In this document: in pieces, positions 1 to 9,261 of the stretch
How the letters are laid out: every line of letters starts with the position of its first letter
How positions within the stretch are numbered: the stretch's first letter is position 1
Source: a virus
Taxonomy: Duplodnaviria > Caudoviricetes
Reading direction: 5' to 3' (one strand)
DNA: 64,000 nucleotides
Virus record (IMG/VR): IMGVR_UViG_2651869698_000005
Coordinates: 26,138-90,137 of that record
Program-made: the position numbers and the translations under genes
Notes under the pieces: model-generated
Database searches by the model: none
What the model saw: the letters and a program-made list of their open reading frames with translations, nothing else
What the model was told of the DNA's origin: nothing

Positions 1-104
1 ACGACGTTGCCGTCTTCGTCGACGGCGTCGCCGTGCACGTTCTTGCCGGCTTCGCGTTGGACCGTCAGCATCGCCCCGGCGGGGAAGTCCATGTCGCCGG
101 CCAT
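1..104 (-). CDS. Partial head-tail connector/stopper-like protein (runs off the window edge)
   Basis: ATG at 104 overlaps the upstream TGA; MAGDMDFPAGAMLTVQRE...; position after the adaptor gene. Confidence 0.5.
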   Translation of the reverse strand, partial: MAGDMDFPAGAMLTVQREAGKNVHGDAVDEDGNV

Positions 105-520
105 CAGTAGACGTCCGGCATGGCCGAGAGGAGACCGGCGTTGTCGAGGATCGTCATCGAGTCCTCGCACAGGTGCTCCACAGCGGCGCGTACCTGCTCG
201 GGGGTCAGCGTGTTCACGTACGACACGGACCCGCCGGCTGCGGACTGCGAGGAGATGATCGGCGCGAGGCCGAGAACACCGCCATCGGGGTCGATACCGG
301 ACTTCGTCCAGTAGGTGACCTGTTGCAGCACTGCCTGTTTCATCGCCTCGGCCTTGTCCTCGTTCAGAGGAATGCCGTCGGACCCGACCCTGTATTTGGC
401 GAGCTTGGTCGCCTTGGTGACCTTGCCGGAGGCGTTGCGGATCAACGCCGCCGCATTGGGAGGCACGGCCGGCAGCCATTCGTCGGTGATGTCAGCTGGT
501 GAGGCGTATCGAATGTCCAC
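104..520 (-). CDS. Head-to-tail adaptor-like protein
   Basis: 138 aa, two genes after the capsid gene; YASPAD N-terminus and SAAGGSVSY motif typical of adaptors. Confidence 0.6.
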   Translation of the reverse strand: MDIRYASPADITDEWLPAVPPNAAALIRNASGKVTKATKLAKYRVGSDGIPLNEDKAEAMKQAVLQQVTYWTKSGIDPDGGVLGLAPIISSQSAAGGSVSYVNTLTPEQVRAAVEHLCEDSMTILDNAGLLSAMPDVY

Positions 521-542
521 CGGCCATGCTCCTATTCAGTTG

Positions 543-875
543 TTACTCGAACCACGACGCGATGACCGTGGTCTTCACGCCCTTGAGTTCTGCGCGGGTC
601 TTGCCGTTGTCGAGCGCGTAGGCGATCCAGTCCTCGCGGTCACCCTCGGGGCCGGGCTTCGGAACTGCGTTGTCACGCACCGGAGTGGTGACCAGTTCGC
701 TCTGCGCGGCGTCGAGTGCGGCGTCGAGGCCGACAGCCGTATCCGGCTCGACCTGGTCTTCGGGGGCGCTGAGCCCGTCCTCGTCGCGGACCCAGCGGGC
801 CAGGCCGTCCAGATGGGAGGGGTCATCCTCCACCTGGACTACCTGGCCGCTGTTGACGTTTCGGAAGGTCGGCAT
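543..875 (-). CDS. Hypothetical head-associated protein
   Basis: 110 aa, coupled to the capsid stop codon. Confidence 0.6.
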   Translation of the reverse strand: MPTFRNVNSGQVVQVEDDPSHLDGLARWVRDEDGLSAPEDQVEPDTAVGLDAALDAAQSELVTTPVRDNAVPKPGPEGDREDWIAYALDNGKTRAELKGVKTTVIASWFE

Positions 876-1798
876 CAGGCCTTGTCAGCGCCCTTGATCA
901 GGACGGCACGGTTGGCGTCGAGGGTCTTCACGCCGTAGAGGGTGTCGAGCGAGACCACCGTCTGCTTCTTGTTGATGTCGTACTGGTACGCCACGCGGAT
1001 GCTCAGGCCCTTGAAGTTCTCGGCGGCCGCGAAGCTGCCGGGAGCGATCTCGAGCGGAGCCGAGGCGAAGCAGAACGCGGTCTCGTGGAACGCGATGCCG
1101 ACCTCGGTCGTCGGGTCACCTGCGACCTGCGCACCGACCAGCTTCGGCTGGCCGACGTTCTGGGTCTGGTAGGCGTCGAAGCCGAAGATGTCCTGACCGA
1201 TGGAGCCCTTGCGGAGCGCCTCGGTGGAGTTCGACTTGTCGGCGTGCTTGATGATGTCCGAGTTGAGCCACTGCGCCTTGGTCGTGGGACCGGTGACGGC
1301 GTTGCGGGCATCGGCCGGCACGTTGAGGATGTCGAGCTGGCGGCCAGCTTCGATGAGCACCTCGGGCTTGTTCCACTCGAAACCAGCCTGCGATGCCAGT
1401 CCGGCCTCGGCGGTGATGTCGTTGCGGAGCGAGAGGATGGCGCGGTCGATCTTCTGCGCGATCGCCTTCATTGCCGGCTCGAGCAGCTGGCTGTCGAAGT
1501 CGACGATGTCGAGGGTCAGTTCCTCCGTGGTGACGGCGAAGCTGACGTCGGCGATGTGGTCGAGGCTGACGGGGATCGAGCTTTCCGTCGCGTTCTGCAG
1601 TTCGATGCCGGTGGAGCGATCGAACTCGGTCGCCTCGAAGACGGCCGGGCGGCGGACGTTGATCGTGTTGCCGGCCTTCTGGCTGGTGAACTCCGAGGAC
1701 AGGTCGGTGTAGACCAGGGGAACCATGACCAGGTTCTCGTAGAGGGTCGCGAGGGCCTGCTTGGCGATCAGGGACGGGGTGAGCAGGGTGTTTGCCAC
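875..1798 (-). CDS. Major capsid protein (P22 coat-like family)
   Basis: MANTLLTPSLIAKQAL, GNTINVRRP and SLDTLYGVKTL motifs; follows the scaffold gene; AAGGAG RBS. Confidence 0.9.
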   Translation of the reverse strand: MANTLLTPSLIAKQALATLYENLVMVPLVYTDLSSEFTSQKAGNTINVRRPAVFEATEFDRSTGIELQNATESSIPVSLDHIADVSFAVTTEELTLDIVDFDSQLLEPAMKAIAQKIDRAILSLRNDITAEAGLASQAGFEWNKPEVLIEAGRQLDILNVPADARNAVTGPTTKAQWLNSDIIKHADKSNSTEALRKGSIGQDIFGFDAYQTQNVGQPKLVGAQVAGDPTTEVGIAFHETAFCFASAPLEIAPGSFAAAENFKGLSIRVAYQYDINKKQTVVSLDTLYGVKTLDANRAVLIKGADKA

Positions 1799-1822
1799 TG
1801 GGGCTCCTTGTTGCTTGGGGGG

Positions 1823-2581
1823 TTACTTGGCGAGGCCGCGACGCTTGCGGCGGTTGGAAAGCAGCTCTTCGATCGAGCTGTCGTCGCCGATCGGCTTGGC
1901 AGATCCGTTGCCCGCGGACAGGTCTGCGCCACTGCGCGGAACAGCCGGGCGTGGGTTGGCCTTGCGGAACTTCGGGTTCTTGTCGACGGCCGCAGTGACT
2001 GCGGCAGTGACCTGATCGGCGAAATCGGAAGCGCTCGGGTCGAGGTCAGCGACCTCGGCCAGGAACGAGCGGGAGTCGAGCAGTGCGGACGAATCCGCAT
2101 TCGCCTGATCAGCAGCCCGGTACAGAGCGAGTTCGACCTGGGCGGCGCGAGCTTCGGCGGCGCGGGACTGAGCGAGGGCTTCTGCCTGCTCGGCCTTGGC
2201 GGTCGCGGCGGTGACGAGATCAGCGGGGTCGACGGGCTTGTCGTCCTCGATCAGGCCGATCGCCTTGCCGATGTTCTGCGCGAAGTCGCGGCGGGCTGCC
2301 TCTGCGGCTGCGTCCGCGTCCTTCTTTGCCTGTACCGCTTCGTCTTTCGCGGTCTTCGCCGAGGTGCGGTGCTTCGCGTTCTCTGCGCGGAGCTTCTCGA
2401 CGTAGTCGAGGGAGAACGTCGTCGGCTCACCCTCGGTCGGGGTCTCGGCGGCGGCGTCGGTGACGGCGGCGGCTGCGGCTTCGTTCTGCGTTTCCACCTG
2501 CTCGGCTGCCTGGGCTGCGGCGGTCTCTGCGACCTGCGTTGCCTCGGTGGCGGATTCGGTGGACGTGGTGCTGTCAGACAT
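1823..2581 (-). CDS. Capsid scaffolding protein
   Basis: Ala/Glu/Thr-rich N-terminus, YVEKLRAENAKHR coiled coil, LLDSRSF motif; directly upstream of the capsid gene. Confidence 0.85.
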   Translation of the reverse strand: MSDSTTSTESATEATQVAETAAAQAAEQVETQNEAAAAAVTDAAAETPTEGEPTTFSLDYVEKLRAENAKHRTSAKTAKDEAVQAKKDADAAAEAARRDFAQNIGKAIGLIEDDKPVDPADLVTAATAKAEQAEALAQSRAAEARAAQVELALYRAADQANADSSALLDSRSFLAEVADLDPSASDFADQVTAAVTAAVDKNPKFRKANPRPAVPRSGADLSAGNGSAKPIGDDSSIEELLSNRRKRRGLAK

Positions 2582-2615
2582 GTGATGTAGCCCTTCTGCC
2601 GCTCCTGGCGGACAT

Positions 2616-2649
2616 GAAGAAAGCCCCCGGTCCCGAAGGGGCCGAGGGC
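2616..2649 (-). terminator. Intrinsic terminator-like hairpin upstream of the scaffold gene
   Basis: Minus strand GCCCTCGGCCCC-TTCG-GGACCGGGGGC followed by TTTCTTC. Confidence 0.6.
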
Positions 2650-2738
2650 ATGTGCGAACTGGGGAGCCTCTGCATCTAGCGGAGGGGTGAAGCGCCGTCG
2701 ATCGCCGGCACCAGGCCGGTCGGGGACGGAAGAATGGG

Positions 2739-4043
2739 TTAGCGGGCGATGTCGATCTGCTCGCGTCGTCTCATGCGTGGGACGGTCGGGTGCGCGTCGA
2801 CGTGCTCGCGGATGCGGGTCTGGATGGCTCGTGTGCGGGCGTTCGCCTTGGCGGCGGCCTCGGGTGTCATCGCGGCCGCGCGGCGACGCTTGCTCATCCT
2901 GACGGCCCGTTCGAGGGCCCGAAGTTGCTGTGTCGCCGCGTAATCGGCCTCGTCGACTTCGGGTGCGGCCGGCAGGGGATCGCCGGGCACCCACAACGTC
3001 ACCCAGTGCTTGCAGTTGGGGTGGTTGAATCCGCGGCGGCGGGCATCTGCGAGGGAGGTGATCACTCGCGGCCGCCACTCTTCGTCGCCATCGGAGGTCG
3101 TCGCCCCGGTCGCCGAGAGCAGATGCCCTTGGAAGGGAGCGCACATCGGCGAGCAGTTGGCGTGAATCGACACGCGCACCAGGTCGTAGCCGTACTCGGC
3201 GAGGAGGGTGACGTGTGCGTCGATCGCGGTCTGCGCGGCAGCGGTACGGGTCGCCATCTCGACGAAGGTCGTCATCGACCAGCGCCGGCCACCGCGGTCG
3301 ATGTAGGCGGTGATACCGCGTGCGGCGTATCGGTCGATCAGCTTCTGCGCCAGGCGGAGTCGCTCTGCCTCGCTGGTGAGTGGGCTGGCGAGTACCTCGG
3401 CCATGACCTGCTGGTACATCTCCTCGGCGGAGCGGAGCATCTGCGGGGTCATCGCCTGCAGTTGCGGGAGCAGCTCGTTCGGGGTGCGAATGGTGACGCC
3501 GCGTTCGGTGCGTGGCCCGCGGGGGGCGGTCTTGCGGAGATCGTCCAGGGTGAGATCCGCAGGGGAGTCGGGTGCTCGATGCCGGCCGACTGCCATCGGG
3601 TCATCGAGTTCGATCGGATCGGGCAGGCTCGGCTGCAGATCGGGGCGCTCAGATGCGCTCCTGCCGCGCCGAGATGGCCGATCCGCGGGAGATGTCCCGG
3701 CAGCACGGTTCCGGCCTGCAGGAGTGCCGTCAGGGGCGCGTCGGGTACGGCGGAGAGTTTCGCGTGCGGCGTCCTCGCCGGCTGCCTCCGCTTCGACGAG
3801 GGCCTCGGCTGCGCGAGCCCGGCCACGCCGAGTCAACGCGGAGAGCTGCTGGCGGACCTTGTTGCGGAAGCGGTTCAGGCGGGTGAACTTGTCGGCGACC
3901 GATCCGCGGATCTCCTCGGCCACAGCCGATGCGACCAGGCCGATCAGGATCAGCTCGGCGGCCGAGTACTCGGCAACTACCGGCTCCTCGACGCCCTCGA
4001 CTGCCGCTTCGGACACAGGCACCGGCTGCTCTTCGGGATCCAC
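2739..4043 (-). CDS. Minor capsid / head maturation protein
   Basis: DRGGRRWSMTTFVEMATRT, CSPMC and HPNCKH motifs; lies between portal and scaffold. Confidence 0.8.
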   Translation of the reverse strand: MDPEEQPVPVSEAAVEGVEEPVVAEYSAAELILIGLVASAVAEEIRGSVADKFTRLNRFRNKVRQQLSALTRRGRARAAEALVEAEAAGEDAARETLRRTRRAPDGTPAGRNRAAGTSPADRPSRRGRSASERPDLQPSLPDPIELDDPMAVGRHRAPDSPADLTLDDLRKTAPRGPRTERGVTIRTPNELLPQLQAMTPQMLRSAEEMYQQVMAEVLASPLTSEAERLRLAQKLIDRYAARGITAYIDRGGRRWSMTTFVEMATRTAAAQTAIDAHVTLLAEYGYDLVRVSIHANCSPMCAPFQGHLLSATGATTSDGDEEWRPRVITSLADARRRGFNHPNCKHWVTLWVPGDPLPAAPEVDEADYAATQQLRALERAVRMSKRRRAAAMTPEAAAKANARTRAIQTRIREHVDAHPTVPRMRRREQIDIAR

Positions 4044-4059
4044 CGGTGCCTCATCTCGT

Positions 4060-5628
4060 CTATGCCGCGTCGTACTCTTCGTCGGTCTGCGGGTCGCCGA
4101 AGCCCATGCCGCCGGTCATCGCGTTCTTCTCGGCGAACTCGGACTTGATCAGCTCGACCTCGGCGTCGATCTCGGGCTGGGTCCAGTTGGGGTGCTGTTC
4201 CTTGACCATCTGGACGGTCGAGATCGCGTTCGCCGATGCCAGAGCGGAGATCGAGCCGGACATCTCGGCCGGCGACTGCGTCGATCGAGTCGGGAAGCGG
4301 ATCTCGGGGATCTCCGACAGGGTGATGCCGGTGCCGAACTGCTCGGCGTCGATGTCCATTGCCACCTTCGCCAGCGGCCGCAGCCCCGACTTCCAGTAGT
4401 TGATCTTCTTGTCGCGGGTGCGTTCGGAGAGACGGTCTTTCGAGTTGACCTCGGTTGCGGTGGGCACGCCGACGGTCAGGTTCGAGTCCGAGAACCCTTG
4501 CGCGGACAGGCCGGCACCGCGGAGGATCGCGTTGAGGATCTCCGCGCAGGTCTGCGAGTGTTCCTGCCAGCGGATGGCGAACTGGTTCGCCTGGACGCCG
4601 GTGGAGTTGCCGTTGGCGGCCGAGCCGAGCTGCTCACGGAGCGGGGTGAAGATCGCCTGCTCGGAGTCGAACACGCCGCCCTTGCCGGGGCCGCCGTTGA
4701 GCATCAGGCCCTCGTCGACGAACAGGCGTGCCTTGCCGAGGTCGAGGTCGCGCATCCACGAGGTGTATGCCTCGTCGAGGGCGTCGAACAGGGGCTCGAG
4801 GCCGTCGAAGTCCGAGCGGCCGAGCTGCGTCAGGCCGGGCTTGGTCCGCCAGCGCCGGTTCGGGCGCACGTTGGGGATGTACGCGGCGGTCAGGCCGTTG
4901 ACGCCCGTTTCGATGCCGCCTTCGGAGTCGACGACGTTGGCCGCCCACTCCGATGCCTGCACCTCGGACAGGGGAACCTTGCGGCCGAGGTGGCCGCTGT
5001 CGCCCTGGTAGAGCGCGTGGGAGATCCGGCCGGGCTCGTGACGCTCGAGGTGCCTGAGGACGATGCCGTTGTCGTCGAGGACGGTGGTCCAGAACGTCAC
5101 CGCGGTGAGCTTGTTGTACGTCCATGTCGGGATCGCGCCGTCAGCTGCGACGGAGCCGAGCATGACGTGGTCGGAGATGGATTCGTCCCACCACAGTCGC
5201 ATGTAGGTGCCGCCGAGAGCGGAGCACAGCTCACCGGCCTCGAGGAGGGTCGACGCCGCATCCTCGGAGTTGAACATCAGCGCCATACGCTTGTCGGCAG
5301 CGTCGCCGCGGGCGGTGTCGTTCTCGTTGAGCGAGAACTTGATCGGCTGCGAGAAGAGCAGGTCGGAGCTGGTACGAGCAAGGTCGGCGGGTGCCGGGAT
5401 ATGCAGCTTGGACGTCGCCTGCAGGTTCGGTCGGCCCCAGAAGAACTTCGCCAGCCGCCCGATCAGGCCGCCGGGCATCGCCGACTGCCGCATCATATTG
5501 TTGCCGGCGTAGATCGTTTCGAGGTCGGCCGGGCTACCGGTGTACCAGGCATTCCACGTCTTGAAGTCGTTCTGTGCTTCGTCGAACGGCTTCGGTGGGA
5601 ACTTGCCCCCGCCATCAGGTAGCGCCAC
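4060..5628 (-). CDS. Portal protein
   Basis: 522 aa downstream of terL; LGRSDF, LDEAYTSWMRD and TATEV motifs of SPP1/A118-like portals. Confidence 0.9.
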   Translation of the reverse strand: MALPDGGGKFPPKPFDEAQNDFKTWNAWYTGSPADLETIYAGNNMMRQSAMPGGLIGRLAKFFWGRPNLQATSKLHIPAPADLARTSSDLLFSQPIKFSLNENDTARGDAADKRMALMFNSEDAASTLLEAGELCSALGGTYMRLWWDESISDHVMLGSVAADGAIPTWTYNKLTAVTFWTTVLDDNGIVLRHLERHEPGRISHALYQGDSGHLGRKVPLSEVQASEWAANVVDSEGGIETGVNGLTAAYIPNVRPNRRWRTKPGLTQLGRSDFDGLEPLFDALDEAYTSWMRDLDLGKARLFVDEGLMLNGGPGKGGVFDSEQAIFTPLREQLGSAANGNSTGVQANQFAIRWQEHSQTCAEILNAILRGAGLSAQGFSDSNLTVGVPTATEVNSKDRLSERTRDKKINYWKSGLRPLAKVAMDIDAEQFGTGITLSEIPEIRFPTRSTQSPAEMSGSISALASANAISTVQMVKEQHPNWTQPEIDAEVELIKSEFAEKNAMTGGMGFGDPQTDEEYDAA

Positions 5629-5640
5629 GGCGGGCCTCCT

Positions 5641-5862
5641 CTATTCTCGTTTACGCTGACCGGGCCATAGCCCGAACACAGCTTTGAAATACTTTGCGGC
5701 TAAACCGTTTATGTACTTTTCGGGGACGCCCTCGGACTTGAGTTGCGTCACCAAGGTCGTGTAGGGGTGTGCCGATGCCGCCCAGCGGATCAGGCCCTCA
5801 CCCTTCGTCCAGTACTTCGTGAGCGGGCGGGCCTTCGCCTCGCCGACTTTTCCTTCGTCCAT
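5641..5862 (-). CDS. Hypothetical protein
   Basis: 73 aa Trp/Lys-rich ORF between terL and portal. Confidence 0.6.
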   Translation of the reverse strand: MDEGKVGEAKARPLTKYWTKGEGLIRWAASAHPYTTLVTQLKSEGVPEKYINGLAAKYFKAVFGLWPGQRKRE

Positions 5863-5880
5863 CGTCGATTGCCCTGCCTG

Positions 5881-6033
5881 TCAGTAGATTCGGCGGACTT
5901 GCTGCACTCGCGGGACGGTCATCGACGTCGGCCGAGGGGCGGGTTCGCGGATGATCTCGCGGGCGGCCGGTGGGGACAGTCGATCGGCGAGGGTGGCGAG
6001 GAGTCGGGCGAGGCGGGATCTCAACGCGAGCAT
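5881..6033 (-). CDS. Small hypothetical protein
   Basis: MLALRSRLARLLATLADRL...; start uncertain. Confidence 0.4.
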   Translation of the reverse strand: MLALRSRLARLLATLADRLSPPAAREIIREPAPRPTSMTVPRVQQVRRIY

Positions 6034-6100
6034 TGGGTCTGCGCGAGGGCCATGATCAGCGCCAGCGCGGCGGCCGACGGGATGCGGGAAGTGTCTGCCA

Positions 6101-6319
6101 TCAGTAGTCCTCGAGGCCGTCGCATCGACACAGGTCGCCACCCTTCGGGCAGAACCGGTGTTCGAGTGCGGGATTGGGTTCGTATTCGTCGATCCAGGAG
6201 CGCCGCCATTCGCGGTCCTCTTTCCTGCGGCCGCGGGCGACGTCACGGCGCTGCTGGCGATGCGGCATGAGCTGCACCCACCACCACCCACCGTGTCGAT
6301 TGCCGAGCATCGCGGGCAT
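6101..6319 (-). CDS. Hypothetical protein
   Basis: 72 aa with AGGAG RBS; Arg/Trp-rich. Confidence 0.5.
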   Translation of the reverse strand: MPAMLGNRHGGWWWVQLMPHRQQRRDVARGRRKEDREWRRSWIDEYEPNPALEHRFCPKGGDLCRCDGLEDY

Positions 6320-6410
6320 CAGGCTCTCCTAGAGAGGTTTGGGCCCCGGCCACGCGCGAAGGTTGGTGCGTCACCTCGCGCGTGGCCCGTCGGGTTATTC
6401 AGTTGTGGGT

Positions 6411-7709
6411 CTATGCCGCGTTCTTCTGGGGGGTCGCGAGCTCGATGTATCTGCGCCAACGCTTCTCGGTGGTGGCGACGATGTATCGCGCGCCGTCGAG
6501 GCTGTGATCGTTGACCTTGACCGGGGCGTCGTGGCCGTTCTCGGTGGCTTTCGAGTCCCACGAATAGCCGACGATCTCGGTGATCAGGCCTCGGCAGCGA
6601 TCGGAGACTCGGAGCTTGCCGACGGCGAGCAGAGATGCGAACAGGCGAATGCCGTACAGAACGTCGTTCTCGGCGGGGTGGGAGTGCTGGCCGTCCTGCT
6701 TGAGCTGCACTCGGAACGACGCGGCGGCCGGGTCGACGACCAGTGGGCCGACTGCGAGATCCTGGCTCGGGTGATGCTTCTGCGGGAGCCATTCGCGGAT
6801 GCCGGCCGACAGCTGGGCATCGGTCCACCGCGCCTCGGCCGAGGATGACTGGTGACGCCACTCGTCGATCAGGTACAGAATGCCGTCCATGCCGACGCCG
6901 AGGAGCAGCGCCGTGGTGGCGTTCGTTGTGCCGTAGTCGATTCCGACGCCGAACAGCTCCTGCATCTGCGGCAGCTCGGCCCATTTGACGATATGCTCGT
7001 CGGGATCCCACATGTCGTAGACCGCGCCGTCGGCGGACACCCAGTGGCCGAGGATGAATCGGCGGTACCACAGGCCGGTGTACTCGCCCTTGATGGACTT
7101 CTTGTACGACTCGGACAGTGACGGGTTGTCGTCGATGGTGAAGTGGAAGCGCCGCCAGTCGGCAAGCTGGATCTCGCCGTCCTTGTCGGGGACGCCCATT
7201 CGGTCGAGGTAGTCGACCTTGAGCCAGTGCATCGGCGAGTCGGGGTTGGTCGTCCCGAACAGCTGAGCGCCCTCGATCGACATACGGCCGAGTAGCTGCT
7301 TGAAGAACGAGACGTCGAGGACGGTCACCTCGTCGCAGAACGCGAGCTGGATCGTCATGCCGCGAATCTTGTTCTCGGACTTGGCATCATTCGCGCCGAT
7401 GACGTGGACCGTCTTGCCGAAGATCTTCGCTGTCGCCGCGCCCTGCCTGTAGCTGACCGCGTTCTCGAAGACACGGAACGCGGGGATCGACTCAAGGGGC
7501 TCGAAGACGTTTCGGTAGATCGCGTCTCGGTTTTTTCCGACGATGATGATCGCGCCCTCGGTGCCCGAGTCGCGGATCCTCTTCATCATCAGCATCAGCC
7601 ACGAGAAGGTCTTGCCTGCTCGGATCGAGCCCTCGAAGATGTTCACGCGGCCGGAAGCTCCGGCGTAAGAGAGGATCTGCTTCTTGCTCATCCCCACTTT
7701 CGGCGGCAT
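6411..7709 (-). CDS. terL: Terminase large subunit (PBSX-like)
   Basis: Walker A GSIRAGKT, Walker B FCDE, TTNPD, nuclease motifs GIDYG and DHSLDGARY. Confidence 0.95.
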   Translation of the reverse strand: MPPKVGMSKKQILSYAGASGRVNIFEGSIRAGKTFSWLMLMMKRIRDSGTEGAIIIVGKNRDAIYRNVFEPLESIPAFRVFENAVSYRQGAATAKIFGKTVHVIGANDAKSENKIRGMTIQLAFCDEVTVLDVSFFKQLLGRMSIEGAQLFGTTNPDSPMHWLKVDYLDRMGVPDKDGEIQLADWRRFHFTIDDNPSLSESYKKSIKGEYTGLWYRRFILGHWVSADGAVYDMWDPDEHIVKWAELPQMQELFGVGIDYGTTNATTALLLGVGMDGILYLIDEWRHQSSSAEARWTDAQLSAGIREWLPQKHHPSQDLAVGPLVVDPAAASFRVQLKQDGQHSHPAENDVLYGIRLFASLLAVGKLRVSDRCRGLITEIVGYSWDSKATENGHDAPVKVNDHSLDGARYIVATTEKRWRRYIELATPQKNAA

Positions 7710-8137
7710 TACTCGGCGTCCGGTTCCGCCAGCTGCTCGGCGGCCTTGAGGATCGCGTTGTGCAGCCCGTCGAGGGCGTCGCGTGCCTCGGCGTCGGTGT
7801 CAGGGGCTACTGCCTGGTCGAGGTTCTGGTACTTCGCTCGACGCTCCATGATCTTGAGCGCGGCACCGATGGCTTTGAGGTCACCGGATCGGGCGTCTTT
7901 CCAGATGCCGAGCAGCATCGCGTCGAGGCGCTGCAGCTCCATGTCGACGACCTGCTGTGCGGGTTCGCGTTTGATCTCTTCGATCGCCTCGGCGACGTAC
8001 CGCTGAGCGGTGGACTTGGAGATCTTCATCTGGCCGGCGATGGCGCGGATGGTGGCACCGGCTAGTCGGAGTTGGAGGGCCTGCTCTTGACGCTGTGCGC
8101 GTTCGATAGCTGCGGGTGAGGTTTTCGACCTTGCCAA
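7709..8137 (-). CDS. terS: Terminase small subunit
   Basis: N-terminal HTH (ALQLRLAGATIRAIA), ELQRLD and IMERRAK motifs; coupled to terL. Confidence 0.85.
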   Translation of the reverse strand: MARSKTSPAAIERAQRQEQALQLRLAGATIRAIAGQMKISKSTAQRYVAEAIEEIKREPAQQVVDMELQRLDAMLLGIWKDARSGDLKAIGAALKIMERRAKYQNLDQAVAPDTDAEARDALDGLHNAILKAAEQLAEPDAE

Positions 8138-8673
8138 CGGGGCCTCCTTTCAGCTCGGGGATAGGCGCTCCTGGCGTCCGTTATCCACTGCGTTTCGGAG
8201 TCCTCTGTGGGCCTCTTCGGGGTCGGAATTGGGTTGGGGTCCATGCGGGCCGGGCGGCCTGGTCCGCGCGCAATCAGCTCGAATGCGGGGTTCGGTGTGG
8301 CGAGCGTTGGGCGGTGGCGTTGCGGCCGGCATGGAAGTTGGGTGCGCCCCGACTCGACCGAGGGTCTTACCGGCGCTCTTGTGGAGGCCGTGCCGATCTC
8401 GGGAGTCGGGGCGATATTGGGCGGCAGGCTCGAACCGGCTGTCTGATGGTTTCGGTGTCCGGTGGCGTGCCGCTGTCTGGCTGGGCGTTTGGTGCGCAGT
8501 GCCCCCGATTCGTCTGCGGGCCGATATTTTGTATTGCGCGTCGTTTGAACCAAGCGCGCAGTGCGGTGCACTCAAAGATCTCGAGGCGGTGCAGTACCTA
8601 GGTCGACCCCAACCGCTCGCAGGCTGTGTCGGCTTATTGATGACCGACCGGCTTCTACGGTCGTCGAGCCATT

Positions 8674-8751
8674 TGGCATGGATGGCAGGATTTGAACCTG
8701 CGATAACGGTTTTGGAGACCGCCGCTTTGGGCCTGACTAAGCAACATCCAC
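8674..8751 (-). tRNA. tRNA-Trp (CCA)
   Basis: Cloverleaf; anticodon arm GCGGT-CTCCAAA-ACCGT; TTCAAAT T-loop; encoded 3' CCA. Confidence 0.9.
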
Positions 8752-8788
8752 GGGTAAAGACCACGCCCACAAGGGGTCGCGGTGGGTG

Positions 8789-8861
8789 TGCCCCCTGATG
8801 GACTCGAACCATCGACCGACGGATTAAGAGTCCGCAGCTCTACCAACTGAGCTAAAGGGGC
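8789..8861 (-). tRNA. tRNA-Lys (CTT)
   Basis: GCCCCTT acceptor; GCGGA-CTCTTAA-TCCGT; TTCGAGT T-loop; CCA not encoded. Confidence 0.92.
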
Positions 8862-8918
8862 GGGTCGGTGATCCTTGACGGGGATCAGGCGGGCGTAAGA
8901 ATGTGGAGTCGCCACCCG

Positions 8919-8990
8919 CTCTCCCGCGAGGACTCGAACCTCGATTACCTCGTCCAGAGCGAGGCGGCCTGCCAATTAGCCGACGGGAGA
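8919..8990 (-). tRNA. tRNA-Gln (CTG)
   Basis: TCTCCCG/CGGGAGA acceptor; CCTCG-CTCTGGA-CGAGG; TTCGAGT T-loop. Confidence 0.88.
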
Positions 8991-9156
8991 AGGAGACCCG
9001 ATTCGCGAGCACCGGGCCAGCAGGGGGGCGTTGCCAAACGTCGCTGACTGTGCACGGTCATGCGAAGGGGGAATGCCGTTTACGGCGGCATCACGATCCC
9101 CTCACCCAAGAAGGAGGGCGGCGTCGGTGACCGGTCAGGGTGAGGACGCCGCCTTG

Positions 9157-9229
9157 CTGGCCCGGCAGGGATCGAACCTGCGACATCGCGATTAACAGTC
9201 GCGCGCTCTGCCATCTGAGCTACGGGCCA
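9157..9229 (-). tRNA. tRNA-Asn (GTT)
   Basis: TGGCCCG/CGGGCCA acceptor; CGCGA-CTGTTAA-TCGCG; TTCGATC T-loop. Confidence 0.92.
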
Positions 9230-9261
9230 ATGTCTCGGATATTCGCGTCCGAGAGGCGCTT

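Noticed and set aside
1085-5622. Long plus-strand ORFs (1085-2590, 2790-4148, 3310-5622; also 40531-42528 and others)
   Set aside because: Antisense shadows of real high-GC genes, with no motifs or RBS.
8415-8506. Possible tmRNA or sixth tRNA around GGTTCGAG
   Set aside because: I could not fold a proper T-stem, acceptor stem or CCA end.
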